Positions 1 to 25,830 of a stretch of 64,000 bases of DNA are shown piece after piece. The position numbers were made by a program, and so were the translations under genes. Source of the stretch: Blastocystis sp. Blastoise (taxonomy: Eukaryota > Protista > Bigyra: Opalinata); contig JBBPEB010000020.1 of assembly GCA_039096225.1 (NCBI GenBank), positions 310,001 to 374,000 of the forward strand, read 5' to 3'. Within the stretch, counting starts at the first letter, position 1, and each line of letters starts with the position of its first letter. The notes beneath the pieces were generated by a model, which was given only the letters and a program-made list of their open reading frames with translations, ran no database searches and had not been told where the DNA came from.

Positions 1-471
1 TTCGTATATGATACGAAATATCGTTGTTGAGTTAGATTCTGGTAACTTCGTTATTCGTCCTTTATTGTGCCAGGTTCTTTTTTTCTTACAAATTGAGGAT
101 ATGATGATTCTTAAGATACATAAGTACCAACAAGGTAATTTCAGCCAAACTAGATTATATGGCTATTTCGTGAATCCCTCTTCTCGTATAGCATCACTGA
201 TGGATGACGAGTATGAATACTGTTTACTTAACGAGATGAAGCCATATAACGTGATATCTCTCGACTTTGGCGTATCAAAAGAAATAGAAAGCCGCAATAA
301 TAATAATAATGTATATATATTATATATATTTGTTTTTAATATATTCATATATATATTTAGAATCCTGACGATGAATATATTCCGGCAAATGATCAAGTCA
401 ATCAAAATGACGTTTTCCATGTATCGGTCTTCACTTCATTCAAAGACGTTTTAGACGATGATTATATGTAA
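1..471 (+). CDS. 3' end of a spliced gene of unknown function (possibly a transposase C-terminus)
   Basis: Open frame to 310, phase-0 GT-AG intron 311-360, last exon NPDDEYIP...DDDYM ending at TAA 469-471. No recognisable domain. Confidence 0.5.
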
Positions 472-2309
472 TAAAAATATTACTTTATCATTTCATTAAC
501 TATTTATATATATAATTTTTATATATTTTTATATATATATTTCATTATTATTAATTATACAGTTTCCTTATATATATGCATATATATTATTTTATTTAGT
601 ATATTTTTACTAATTATGTGTTTGTATATATTCCATTACTAATGATAATAATTTACTAGTTTTTTGTTTTACACTAATAGTACATTATAATACACTATCA
701 GGTCAAAACTAATTTTTAAAGTGTTTTAATTGGTTGATTTTAGTTCAAGATTCGTTCCACCAATAGAAAGAGATTGACTTCAGCGACTTAGTCAAAAATC
801 GTGATTTTTGACAAAATTTTGACATTTTTTTTCAGTTGACTTTTTATTAGACTTTAAAAAGCATATTAGACATTTTGTATAATAAAATTGACATTAATTT
901 CTCTTTCTAGATGGTCACACAATATCCAAAACACTTTTCTTTATTTTAAAGTCACAATTCTCTTAAATATGGGGGTCAATATTTTAGAGTATTTATAGTT
1001 CTGTTTGGAGTCAAGACCCTCTAAGAGTCATTAATGTAATTAAAAGTGAATGAGCTGACCTCTATGACTTGAAAACAAAATTCAGCCAAAAAGTCAAAAA
1101 TTTATATTTTTTTTACACTGAAAAATTGAGCCGAGCCTATTTGTATCATGGACAGTCAGACCAGAATATTGAATTTTTAAAATATTTACGGGAATATTTT
1201 TCTTGTTCAAAACTGAGTCTATTTTTATTTTGCTCTATATTAGAGGACACAAAGGTTTTAAAAAGAATTTTTCAATTGATTTTATTATGACTTAAAAGTC
1301 TTCATCCAAAAAGTTTGTCAGAGGTAATAAAAAACAGTTTCTTTCTCAGAATCAAATAATAGTCTTTTAGAAAGTCACTTTTAGAGTTAATTATGTGAGA
1401 GACAACTGTTTTATGTTAAAATTAATAGTTTTTAAAGAAATATGTCAACAGATCAGAGAGTCCAAGAAAATGACTTATTTGTTAAAAGTTATCGTGATTG
1501 AGATACATTACTATTGTATTAATAAGGTTCTTTATGACTTGTTTTAGCCTCTAATTATAATAAGACACTCAAAAAAAATGAAAAGAACAAAAAGTGTATT
1601 TTTATGAAAAATTTTATTTCTTGACTAAAAAATTTGAATTAAAATATGAATACATTTTTATTTTTATTTTATTGCATGCAAGCAGACTCAGACACTGCTA
1701 TGCATATTCTCAATGTTTTTGATGCATGTATGTATTATCTAACTATTTACTGTTTTAATATTTTCTATTTTTTTATATAATTCTTTTAGGTTTTCTATTC
1801 TGGATTCCTGTTTGCTGCCAGAAAGTCTCTATGATTGATGTCAGTAATATTAGTCAAAAGGAATTGTTTATTCTATTTGTTTAACCAGGTATTTTATTAC
1901 ATTTTATTTTTTATTTTTTTAGGCTTTTTGATGAGTTTCAAACACAGTACAAACACACAGCAAGTTAACACATGGTTGGAGGTATATAAATATAGTATAT
2001 TTATTTTTTCCTTTGCATTAACTTTTTTTCACTTTTCATTTTTCCTATATAAAATATTAATTTGGTTCTTATTTTGTTTCATTTTACTATTTAAATATGG
2101 TTTCTACTTTTATATTTATAGAATGATGGTTTGGTCGTTGCCATTGTTGAATCTTTTGTTTCTCATGTCCTATCAGAACTTAATACCGAGTTTTGTTTTT
2201 GTATATATATATATATATATATATATATTTGATTATTTTTTGCTTTATAAATTTATATATATACATATATATCCTGTTTTTATTATGTTTTATATTTTTA
2301 TTTTTTTAT

Positions 2310-5100
<2,791 letters not shown>

Positions 5101-6744
5101 ACTCCCTCTCTTCACTTATCTATGTATGTATATACTATTATTATTATACATTATAATATATAGAACTTGAATATTTATAAGTTTATTATTAAATACAAAC
5201 GTTGATATAGGTACAGAACAAGTATATATGTATATATATATATTGTATTTAATTATGTGATATAATTATATATTTATAGTATTACAGAATCAATTATACT
5301 ATTAGTATTATATATAAACGGTATTCTAAAATCACAACCTATATGCTTCTATTCGCACTTATATCGTATATAAATATACATATATATATTATGATTAGTA
5401 TTCTACTTATTATTTACTTATTAGTTAGTATTAACATATTCTATCATATTCCATCCCTTCACAGTTTTTTTTTTCTTCTTTTCGGCAATTTTATTCGTCT
5501 CGTTATATCCCTCATATCCTCCTTTCGTTTCTCAATATATTACTCTCCCATACTCCTTATAGAACGTATACAAGAACTGAAGTAATTTACTTTTTTAAAT
5601 GTATATACATATATTATTTATAGCTATTATTATTATACTATTGTTGCTATTTAGTGTTATTATTAGTTATATATATAATTAATATGAATATTATCTAGAT
5701 TCTTCTAAATAGTATTTATTTATAATTCAAGACATACTTCTATATATATATGCTGGTCTTATCAGCAGGATAAAATAGAACAGAATAGTATATGTAAACT
5801 TTTAGATGATTCGCTTTTCCTATTAAGAATAATGATAATTCTTCCGTATATATATATTATGTAATACTATAACAACATATATATATTTAAATATTATTCA
5901 TAGTTTTATAATCATATATATATATATATAGGATAGAAAGAAGTTTAATACATATATGTTATCCATATTATAATGATATATTCCTTATATATATATAATC
6001 TGTTATCTTTTTTATCAATCTTTTATTGCCTTTTATTTCTTATATATTATTCTTTTTGTTTTGTATATATTTAGGAACGAAATTAATATAAAGAATTCTT
6101 TTCGAATAATAGAGAAATAGAGTTAAAATAATAGATTTATATTTTTATTATAATTACATTCTTTAATGTATTTGCGACAACTTATAAACTCTTCAAACCT
6201 TATCTATTTATTCATTCACTTATATTAATCATAATTCATTGAAATAAATTATATTATAAACAAAAGTTTGTAAATTGTGAGTTATGACTTTATGAATAGC
6301 TATACTAAATATATATTTTCATTTTCTAAGACCTTCATAGTATAAATCGAATATTATTATATAAATATAACTCACAAAAAAATAATAATTGCAATTATGG
6401 TTTGTTAAAAAACAGGTGTTTTGCTCTATTAAGTCCAGAAACATGTTCTAATTTAAATAATTAAGCTTAATAAAAGATAATATGTTTATAAAGCAATTTT
6501 ATATTCAAATACACGTTTTAGTAGAGAAACAGAGGAGAATTCTAGAATCCTAATAACCCCCCTGGAAACAAAAAATTTTATACAGACATTTTCTATGAAA
6601 AAAAAAGATTTTGTATAAGGGCTTGGTTGTGTTTTTTATAAATATCGGAACTTTCACATATTTATTTTTATTTTGGTTATTAACAACTATATATTATATA
6701 TTCTAAAATGTATATAATACTTTTCATATAGTTATTATTATATA

Positions 6745-7275
6745 GGTTTACTGATCTATCCAAATAGCTTCGAATAGGTCCCAATTGGTCTTCAGTTTTT
6801 TAAGGTATGCTTTTTTTATGGTTTTTTATCCTCTATAGCTAACTCATGAGTTGTGTGGTCTGAACGTGTTGAAACCTGGTAGTATTAAAGGTATATATTT
6901 TTAACATTCTCTTTGTTATTATTTTTTATTATCTTATATAGGTTCAAATGTCGTTGCAGGTGTTCCTGATACACGTCGTCATGGTTTAAAAGGTATATAT
7001 TATTATTATTATTTTTTTTTAAATTAATTAATTTTTATTTTTTATAGGTAATAGGTAGTTTCTGGTGTCCCTCTTGGTATAAACTGTTTGGATTTAAAAG
7101 GTATATTGTTATATTATATTTATTTTTATACATTCTCTTTTTATAGTTGTGGATTTACTTCATGGAGTAGCCTAGAAGTGTTTTCTTGAAGGTATTTATT
7201 TATTATTATTCTTATTTCTATCATTTTTTTATATAGTGACACAAAATGGTTCCCAATCTATTCAAAAATAATCAA
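6745..7275 (+). pseudogene. Run of ~50-nt exons with short introns, unidentified gene fragment (cargo)
   Basis: About six mini-exons bounded by AG/GT (e.g. LTHELCGLNVLKPGSIK, GSNVVAGVPDTRRHGLK). Stops appear when they are spliced in order. Confidence 0.5.
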
Positions 7276-10221
7276 AATATTTTATTTTTATTATTATTTT
7301 ATTGTTTTAATTATTATACTATTATTTATTTGTCTTTTGTTATTATATTGTTTATTATCATTCACACAACGATTCAATAAATTGAAAAAAGTGACGTTTC
7401 TAAAAGAATTCTGAACGAATGATAAGAAAGACCATATCCGAAAAAAATAACCTAATTTTTGGCTACTCTTCTCGCCTGGCTGAAAAAATACTTAAATTTT
7501 AGCAAGCAATAATTTGGATGTAATCGCCAAATTGTTTCATGGAAATGACCTGATAGTGATATACTAACATATACCATATTTAATTGCCATTCACAATTAA
7601 AATGATAATAATAGCATAATTAATATACTTATATGTTAATATGGCTATATATCACTTATACACAGATACAATTAGATATTCATGAAATTAATATATAAAA
7701 ATAATATATATATTCATTTATGGCGTTATAAATTATCCATATTATTAACGATATCACTATTGTTTTTCGAAAATGTGTGATAAAATAACAACATAATTTT
7801 ATTTCATTATGTTGGAAATAATTATTGTCAAAATAAAATATTTTCAAATATGCTTAACAAGCGAACCACGCCGCTAGAATGTTTACTCTCAATACTACGA
7901 AATAATTCTAATTCCTATTCAATATTTTCGTTTTATAATGAAAACAAGAATTTATCGTTTATAATTAATTAACTAATATCGATTTATACGAATTATTAAT
8001 ATGCTGCTAGCACGTATAGTCATTTCATAATAATCACGTTTATTTATAATTAATTCTTAAAATAATTTTCAAGCTTAGTAATAATAACTACAAAAAACAA
8101 ATTTTTGATAAGTCATGTTCACTCATTAATAAAGCGTTTATTATAATAATAACGTATTATCATAATTTAGACATATGTGCTACTCAGTTTACTCTATTTA
8201 AAATTATGAATAAGCACAATTGGCGCATGATTCCCAATATACCTAACTACTTTTTTATTTTAAATGCCATTAACATATTCAGAGGCATATAACACTGACT
8301 ACTGACATATTTAGAGCCAAAATAAATTTTTTGAGAAGTGAATCAGTTTGTAATTTTTACCCACTTTTTAAAAAAATTAGACACTGTCGAACTCCTGTTG
8401 TGTCATACAACGCATATTGATTATTTAGACCTTAAATACAAAAAAAGTCAAAAAATACAATGTCATGATTAGACGTATTTATTTTATATACTCATAGGTC
8501 AATACGCCTTTTAATTCCTTTTGAATTTTTTAGTTTTAAATATATATATAAAATATATATATAAATAAATAAAAAAATTAAAAAGAAATAAAACTTATTA
8601 TTATATATATAGACTATATTCAATAAATAAATTTATTATTTTTTGGCAAAAACCTATTTATTGTTGACTTTTTTATAATATTATATATTAGTTTATATAT
8701 ATGTCTATTAAAATTATTATTTTATTTTTAATTATGGGCGAAAGCGACAATTTTTCGGGTGAATCGCGATATCGCTTTTTGACGGTCTTTTATCATCGAC
8801 AAGTGTCGGTTATACGACGAGAATGCGGTATATGTCGAGTAATATAGGGAGGCGTGACAACGAGTATTAGCGGCATATATAAGTGGCGAATACTCGCAAT
8901 AATATAGGTATTCCCACATTTACTAGCTGAGTTGACCATACTACAAAAAAATATTTTTTTATTAAATAGATGTGTAACAAAAAGTAGTATTTAATTTAAA
9001 AACACATATATGATATATTCAAGTATATATCAAACAAATTAAAACAAAACAAGAAATAAAGACACACACGATTACAAACACATTTACTTTTTGGTTAACC
9101 ACCAAAGACATATTATATGAATATATCATATATATAATATATATAATATATCAATATACAAAAAATAAGTGATAATAATCACTTATACTGGTAAAAAAGT
9201 CATATATGATACTCTTATAAAGGATTTTTTAAAAAATATCTTCCCCATATATACTAGAGGCCCCTTTTAAGGATACTGCAAAAGTTTTTTTAAATAATTT
9301 TTCCATCCCGAGTGGACTCAACAGCTCAGGTTTGCTAGTATGGCTGCCAGAAAATTAAAAACACGGAAATTCGGCCTTCCCTTAGCTAAAAATAGAAATT
9401 AGAAGGAAAATGTTAAAAATGACTGACAACAATCAAATTAAAGTAAAGTCACTGAGAGTTTATATTATAAACAAATTGAGATTATAAGGTTAATCACAGA
9501 CATGTAAACAAGTGATAATTACAGTATAGTGCTTTTTAAAAAAATATTTCTCACCATTCTCGAACAAATGTTGCAAATAAAAGACCTAGTTTAAGATTTT
9601 GTTTTATATATTGATACAGGTAGTTATCAAATCAAAATCACGCTAATTTAAATATATAGTTTTAGTTCTGACTAGAGTTAATTGTGAAATGATGTATTGG
9701 TCTTATTAAAAACTACATTAATTATGTCATAGTAGATCATATATTTGTAATCAACAGCATCCAATAATAAAGAGTTTGAATTGTTGCAACATTACCAATT
9801 AATGCTGAGATTTCTTAAAAAAATATTTCTAAATGATTTCAATTCTATAAAATATCTTTATATAAAGCGTGTCTCAGATATATGTAAGAAAATATAAACA
9901 AAATTACTTTAAAAAATATTTTTAACAATTGAAAAATATAAAACCAAACATAAATTATTATTTAATAAAAAAAAATTATATTATATGAATAAAAATATAT
10001 GAAAACAATATAAAAATAGTATATATATATAGTATATTTTTATTTGTTGAGTTTGAATTCATGTATATAATGAAATATAAAACAATTTGAAAATAGTATA
10101 GTATTTTGATAATTGATATAAACTATTAGAAATCATAATTTATTATCTAGATAATATAATTCAATAAATATTTATAAATGGAGTGTTATATATTATTAAA
10201 AAAGTATATATATATATATAT

Positions 10222-10726
10222 AAAGTCCCTGGAAAAAACCGGTCCATTTTTTTTTTAATGTTATTTTCATGTAAATAAGGATTTTTTAACGGCAAAAAAA
10301 TATATAACCACGATTTTTAATTTTTTTTGTTTTATACACAGTTTTATTAACAACATCATTATTACGCGAGTCATCTATATTCCCTTCCATCACTTTTGCA
10401 GTACATACCATGATAATAGTTGATTGTCACTTCAACCTGACTTAAATTGACTTATCGAGAATAAATAAGATTACACTGTCAAAAATTAATATTATGTCGC
10501 AGATTTTGGTGATAATTACCACATAACAATTCTGTCAAGTGATGTGGGAAGTGGATGACATATATAGTAATGATTATATAAACAAAAATGTTTATAAAGC
10601 GAAAAAAATTGAAAAATCGTGGTTATCTTTTTTTGTCGTTAAAAAAAATTGTATTTACTTGAAAATAACATTAAAAAAAGAAATGGACCGGTTTTTTCCA
10701 GAGGACTGGTTTTTTCCAGGAACTTT
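10222..10726. mobile_element. Foldback MITE (~500 bp) with long imperfect TIRs, flanked by TA runs
   Basis: AAAGTCCCTGGAAAAAACCGGTCC at left and GGACCGGTTTTTTCCAG...CCAGGAACTTT at right. Arms pair imperfectly for ~170 bp. The core resembles the hAT MITEs at 42535 and 48290. Confidence 0.8.
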
Positions 10727-10771
10727 ATATATAGGGTAAATTCCCAATAGTCAAGAATTTAGGTAGTCAGT

Positions 10772-11290
10772 TTCCAAGTTGACACTTGATGTTTTAAAAG
10801 TTCCAAGTTGACAATTGATGTTTTAAAAGTTCCAAGTTGACATTTGATGTTTTAAAAGTTCCAAGTTGACACTTGATGTTTTAAAAGTTCCAAGTTGACA
10901 ATTGATGTTTTAAAAGTTCCAAGTTGACATTTGATGTTTTAAAAGTTCCAAGTTGACACTTGATGTTTTAAAAGTTCCAAGTTGACATTTGATGTTTTAA
11001 AAGTTCCAAGTTGACATTTGTTATTTTAAAAGTTCCAAGTTGACACTTGATGTTTTAAAAGTTCCAAGTTGACACTTCATGTTTTAAAAGTTCCAAGTTG
11101 ACACTTGATGTTTTAAAAGTTCCAAGTTGACATTTGATGTTTTAAAAGTTCCAAGTTGACATTTGTTATTTTAAAAGTTCCAAGTTGACATTTGTTATTT
11201 TAAAAGTTCCAAGTTGACACTTGATGTTTTAAAAGTTCCAAGTTGACACTTGATGTTTTAAAAGTTCCAAGTTGACATTTGTTATTTTAT
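10772..11290 (+). repeat. Left-TIR tandem array, 18 x 29 bp
   Basis: Unit TTCCAAGTTGACA(C/T/A)TTG(A/T)T(G/A)TTTTAAAAG, head to tail, no spacers. Confidence 0.95.
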
Positions 11291-12224
11291 TGAATCATTC
11301 AAATCTATATATTTTTAATTCTACATCAAAATATTTTAGTATATTTGTTTTAACTGTGTCTTTATAAAGAAAAACAAAGAAAAATAAGTTGGCATCATGT
11401 GTGTAATAGATAGCTAGTTTAAAATGTTGTGATTACATAGCAGTATATTTTGAATTATCAACTATAATATGTTTTTGACGAGAATGAGCAAAATACATGC
11501 ACTAAAAATTTATGAATCAACATACATTCACTGGTTTTATTTCAAATTCATAAGAATAAGCATGTAATCACTTATTACTTATTCATATTGCAACATAAAT
11601 ATGAAATCAACTTCTATCAATGGCATTAAAAGTAATAAATTAAAATATTATATATATATTCATAAATATTTAGTATTTTTGCAGTGATTAAACGTTTTAA
11701 TGACGGATTAGATATTTTTTGAAAAATACATCTGTATATTCTTTCAAACACTTGTTTAATACCATTATTAAAATCTTCATAAATTGTATATATAATGAGT
11801 GAATTGTTATTACTATCAAAAGGACTTCATGTACATTGGGAATGTTAGATTGTTGTATATTATGCGTCAATCATTATTATTTCTTCACATTATAGATACC
11901 ATTGTTGTCTATTTATATATATATAGTTTAATAATCTTGGATAAGTACATTTTCTTGCATTACTACGAGTTTATCTTAATAATCCAATACATGTTTTATA
12001 CTGTTCCTCGTATGTTTTGTGTATTATTCACTGATTTTCAATTTTATTTTACTTAGTTATTAATTTAATTATTTAAGAATCTGTGCAATTTGGGGTTAGT
12101 TTTTTAGGCATCTACATTATTCTATTATGATTAAAATATGTTTTTATCTTTGTGATATTAAATTTAATTATATTTTGATTTTAATAATATCTGCTGTACA
12201 CATTGACAACTCGTATATTTGACT

Positions 12225-12289
<65 letters not shown>

Positions 12290-13671
12290 ATTAATATTTT
12301 ATATTTATTGTTATTATTGTTATTATTGTTTTTATTATAAACATTACTATTATTCATATTACCATTATTAGATTTTATTAAGTTTATAGATACTGTAAAG
12401 TCAATAATAAGCAAACAAGTGGTGTCGTCTGTTTGTTCACCACTTACTTCATTGTATTTATTATTTCATCCTCTTATAATACCTTAATTAGTAATTTACT
12501 TCTTTACATAGTTGATACCTTCATCTGATATATGTGTATATGTTATGAAATTAATGTTTATTATATCAACTGATGGTATTAGTATCTTAATGAACGTATT
12601 TGGTCATAAAGACTATAGAATATTATAAAGGTAGAAATTATAATTATTTAATAGTTTTTGAATGAATATAGCTTAACAAATCGTATGATTTCTTTCGAAA
12701 TTGTTTTGTATGTTCTATTAGGTTTTAATAATAAATAGTACACCATTACACTGATTATATATATGTTGATGCTTAGCGTTATTAATTATTCTAGTTAAGA
12801 TAGACTAAATATTGTTTTCATAGATAAATTTGATGATATAAAACAATTGTAGATAATAATATTGGCTATTCAGATACTGATAAAAAAAATCAATTAATGG
12901 AAATCTACTATGTTACATTTTTATGGTATATTTATTATTTATTAGTGTATGGTTTTAGTCTGTTATATTTTTCTAGTTTTTAATTATGTTATATGGGAGC
13001 TATATGGAAGTGATGATAAGAAAGAATATATTGATCTAATAATTTATATGTTGTATGAATAATATAAGAATTATGTTTAGTTTATTTCCTATTTGTTAGT
13101 ATACATAGTGATTTTATGTATTATATTAAAATTTTATATTTGTAGCTATTATTGATTTATTTTTGTATTTTATTAAGTTTAATTTTATAAATTTTTTCTC
13201 AATTTAGACATTTTTATATTAGCACATTATTATAATTGGTTATTAGCATGTTGTATATATATCTATATTATTTCAGTTATGTGATTTTCTTACATAGTAT
13301 TCTTTCTATAATCATTTTTTATACATAAATGTTCTATTATTTTATAGCTTTAAGATTTTGTAATTATTTAACTAAAAAAACATTTGCCAATCCAATCGTT
13401 ATGTACTTTTTTTTAATATATCCTAAATATTATATTTAGCAGGCTTTGTTGTTTTACATTATTATATACTATGTATTATTGAAATTCTATTAGTTGACAT
13501 ATATTTTATTGTGTATTTTATAATTTATAAACTTTTTCCAACATCATTTTTAATTTATTTATTAACTAGTTCTACATTGTATTTATAATTTTAAGTAAAT
13601 ACTCATCAAATAGAGTTAATTACCAGATTATTTTATATTAATGGAAACACAACCTTTCAATACATTAAGGC

Positions 13672-14110
13672 CAGTGTCTTCCCTTGTCACTCTACGGAAT
13701 TGCCACGTGGCAATTGTCACAAAATTTTCTGAAAAAAAGTGACGATTGCTTATAACTTTTTTGTTTTTCATTTTAAGAATATTAAAAAAATATTTTCAAA
13801 CTCAGCTCATAAAGACGCATCGATTTACACACTTTTCATGAAAAAAAGACCAGGTGACATCAAAAAGTAATTAATTCATTGACTATTATACAAGGACATG
13901 ACAGTTTTTGACTAAAAACATATTGTTTTGATATATAATGTATGATTATTTGAAAATATGTCAAATAAAATGTTTTTTGTGACACATGTTGTGACAGATA
14001 CATGACTGAAAAGTGTATAAGTCATCAAATAACAACAAGTATGATTCCTATGTTTGACTATTTGTGCTAAGTTGAGTGACAAGCAAAAATAATTTTGTGA
14101 CAAAAGTCAA
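13672..14110 (+). mobile_element. hAT-family terminus nested in the MULE (partner end not confirmed)
   Basis: CAGTGTCTTCCC...AATTGCCACGTGGCAATTGTCACAAAATTTTCTGA matches the reverse complement of the right end of the hAT MITEs. Followed by TGAC/GTCA-rich subterminal sequence. Confidence 0.75.
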
Positions 14111-14589
14111 TTGCCTAATACATTCTTTTGTAGGTTTGTTAAAGAGTTTTATTTATGTTTATAATGAAGAATAATGTCAATAAAAACTTAAAAATATTAT
14201 AAAAAGTAATAATGTAATTAAAAAGTTTTTATTTTTATTAAATATCACGAAGTAGTCTTGTAGAGACTCTACAGATACATCCTGACTAGTAATAAAAATT
14301 AAATAAACAAAAAACATATTAAAATAATTTTTTTCAAAAACCAAACAAAAAACAACAATATGAACAAAAGTCAGATTTGAAAAAACAATACTTCAAACAA
14401 AATGATTTTTAATAACCTTTAAAAATGGTTTTAAAATGTATTTTATATGAAGAATAAGTCACACAACACATTTATAATATTTATATTATAAAATATATTA
14501 TTTTTATGTTTAAAAAGAGAAAAGTAAAAAAACGGTTAGTAGTCACTTGTTCTATAATTATTATATGATTATATGACATATAATATAAG

Positions 14590-14665
14590 GGAGTTGTTTG
14601 GTCGAGTGGTCGGTGCATATAAAATTTTTACATGGTCGACGGATCGATTCTTACGAGGAACTATC
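14590..14665 (+). other. Degenerate tRNA-like / Pol III box A-box B unit
   Basis: TGGTCGAGTGG ... GGATCGATTCT followed by a T-run. Stems pair poorly. Confidence 0.45.
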
Positions 14666-14959
14666 TTTTTTAAATTTTTTCTTTTGACTGTTATTTACAA
14701 TGATTTTATTTAAAATCAACTTTGTTTCATCTTTACTATTTGTAAACATGATTTACATCATTGATATCTGCTTTTTAGTTTAGAATCAACATATCAACAT
14801 ATAATTGTTTTCCAAAATTAAGTAATTTTTGTTTACAAACAATCCTGAGTATTTCTAGAATGTTATAAATGTAATAAAAGAGCATAAATATAATATTTGA
14901 AGATTTCAAATAAATGTAAACTTATTATATAGAACACATGAAAAACAAAATCGAGAAAA

Positions 14960-15035
14960 CAGTTGGTATAGTTGACCAGCGCTGTAGCTAATGTGGTTAT
15001 TGTCGCTGGATCGAATCTCGCTTGTGGCATTTTTA
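14960..15035 (+). other. Second degenerate tRNA-like / Pol III unit
   Basis: TGGTATAGTTG ... GCTGGATCGAATCTCGC followed by a T-run. Same layout as the unit at 14590. Confidence 0.45.
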
Positions 15036-15749
15036 TTTTTATTTCTTGGAAAAACATCTTTTTATGAAAATTGTTATTTTATATATTTATTTTGATTATC
15101 TCTTGATACGATTATTTATTTTGGTTTAATTTATTCAACTTAGTTTATCAAGAGTATTCGCCTTGAGTATTTATTATAATTTTTATAATCTGTTTTACTT
15201 AATTGCTTTCTTTCTTTAGGTATCAAGGCTTTTAGGTTTTAAACAACTCTTTATACTGTGAAATCAGGGTCCATAGCGTTTCAGATGGTTCAAATAGATC
15301 AACAAATATTTTTTGTATATAATTCATTTCTTCATTTTTATTATTTATTTGATTTATCTATATTTTATAGTTCAGGATGATTACTGTTTTTCAAGAGTAC
15401 TTATTGTACGTTATCTATCAGGTTGGAGTAGTATTTATATTAATTATTTTTTAATTGTCTTTTTATAATTATTATTTCATTGATTTATTTTTATATTAGT
15501 TTATTATATTGATCGTTATTTTCTTATTTATATTTAAAAGGAATATCATTTTTATTATATTTTTATGATAGCAAATTATATATATAGATATACGAGGTCA
15601 ATACTTTAATTGCGTGTGGAATTCGTTTTATATTTAGAATTATGTTTTGGTCCTTTAATGTATAAAAATATCAATGAGTATATACTTATTATTATTATTA
15701 TTATATTTATTAGTATATTTATGATATTTATGATTATTAAAATAAGATA

Positions 15750-20062
<4,313 letters not shown>

Positions 20063-21530
20063 GTATATATATATATATATATATATATATTAATTATAAT
20101 GAAACATAATACATTTTTATAGTAAAACATTTAAGTTCTTATTGCATATAAGATTAGTTCTATGTTCAAAAATTATTTATAGAATATGTATGAGATTTAT
20201 AGAAATCTATTTTGTAAGAATCTAGTTGTGAATATAGTTATTATATTGTGAAATATTTCATTATTAATGATAATAGTTATAAGTCTTTGATGTTTCATTA
20301 TGGTTTTTCGTTATATTTATGTATAATCCACTGTATTAAAGAATTTATTATATGGGACATTGTAAATTATCACTAATAGCATTCGTTGTTTTTTAATTAT
20401 TACATATCATTTATTTGATATCAAAAATGAACTGACCTAAATACAACTGCTTGCTAAACTACTATTATTTAATGTTTTTTCTTTGTAATCTAGACTATAA
20501 TACAAAACAGTATAATCATTATATCAACATAATACTTATAAACTTAAATAAGTTTTTATTAAATTGAAGTTTCAAGTTTATCATCTTATAAACAAAAAAG
20601 AGGCATGTAAAAGGCTTTAGAATGTGTCATTTAGTGCTATACAATTATGTTTAACTTATCATAAATGTTTTGTGAATAAGAGACTAAATATTCTTAATAA
20701 TATTATTATTGAAGCTCCATACATTATTCTTTTAAAAGATAATAAATACCTTAATATATATGTATATAAGTCAAATTGAACTAATTGAACTAATTCTTAC
20801 GTGAGATAGTTTATATATGAAATTAAAATGCTGATAATACAAGCTAAAAACGTACTCACGTTTTTGTAATAATAACTTAAGAAATTAATAAGTCTTTCCT
20901 TTGTGTGAATGCTATTATTCAAATTCAACTATTTTGAAGTAAAACATAAAAGAACTAAAGGCTGAAATAAAAACTGTAATGTTAAGGATGTATTGCTTTC
21001 ATTTCAGAAAAATATGTATAGACGAAATTTAAAATCGCTACCATTGCCATTTATTTGATGCAAAGAAGATTGTTCAATCATTTCTGATGTTATAATGAAA
21101 AACAATCATCAATTTTAGAAGAAATAGACTTATTAAAAGAGATAAAAAGAAAAATGATACAATATATAAAGTAAGAATAAATTCTAATAAGCTGAGCTGG
21201 TTTCAATTTAAATAGTTCAACATTATGAAACTCTGAATTCTTTTTTGAATCCAAAAAAGACGATTAATTTCTTTCATTCCACATTATTAAAGATTTTTTA
21301 AATAAACATATTCATCGTTTCCATTTTTATATAAGTTAATATTAAAAACAGAAGTTCTAGAGAATTATCATATTTCTGTCTGAAGGATCTTAAAATAAAT
21401 GTATCAAAAAACAAAATTTAAACAAGAATTTTATTGTCCCAAATGACAAATCTTGACTTTATTCTATAATTTTATTACCATTAGTTTCATTATTGTAAAC
21501 TTAGCCTTAAATATATATATATTATTTAAC

Positions 21531-25074
<3,544 letters not shown>

Positions 25075-25830
25075 ATATTATTATCTTAAAAAGTTATTCT
25101 TTTAGTTTATAAAATATTTTTATATCTAGTATGTTTTTTATCGATTATTTGTTTATATTTTATTTTTTAGCCTTGATTTTTTCATAATAGTTTATTTAGT
25201 TTTATCTTGTGTTATTTAATATAATTTTGCTTTTACAGATAAACCAAAACTAAACAAAGGAAATAATTGTTTCTATCTGTTTGCTTTTGACTAGTTTAAT
25301 ACAAACGATTGACAAGATGTTTCCATATTCTGTGATATCTGAAAACTGATGATGTTGTTGTGTTAAAACTAATATAGTATTTCTGCGTTAATGATTTATT
25401 ACATCAAAACTAGTAATGGCTCTTTATGTATAATATAAAAAACTTTTAAATAATGAATATAATCAATTAGATTTTTCTCATCTCTCAACAATACATATTA
25501 TTATAAAAAATAAATCTCTATATAAAGGATACACGTAATTTAAATAAATATTAATGGGATTAGTACCATAAATATATCTTATAAAACTAAATGAATTATT
25601 AATTGTAATTCTTTTAAGCTTAACTGACAATATTTTATATAAATTCCTGTATAATACATGTATATATGGTTTTAGTATATTTATATTTTTTCTACATATA
25701 CTTGCTACAATTCAATGTTGTGGTACATACCAAATATATAATAAAACATGACTATTGAATGATTAGTAGTTTACCAAAGCATAATAATTAGCATAACTTC
25801 TTTAAATAGTCAAACACTACACATTTAAAG

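Noticed and set aside
10772-11290. CRISPR-like array of 29-bp repeats
   Set aside because: No unique spacers. It is mirrored at 25831-26141 as part of the MULE TIRs, in a eukaryotic context with no cas genes.
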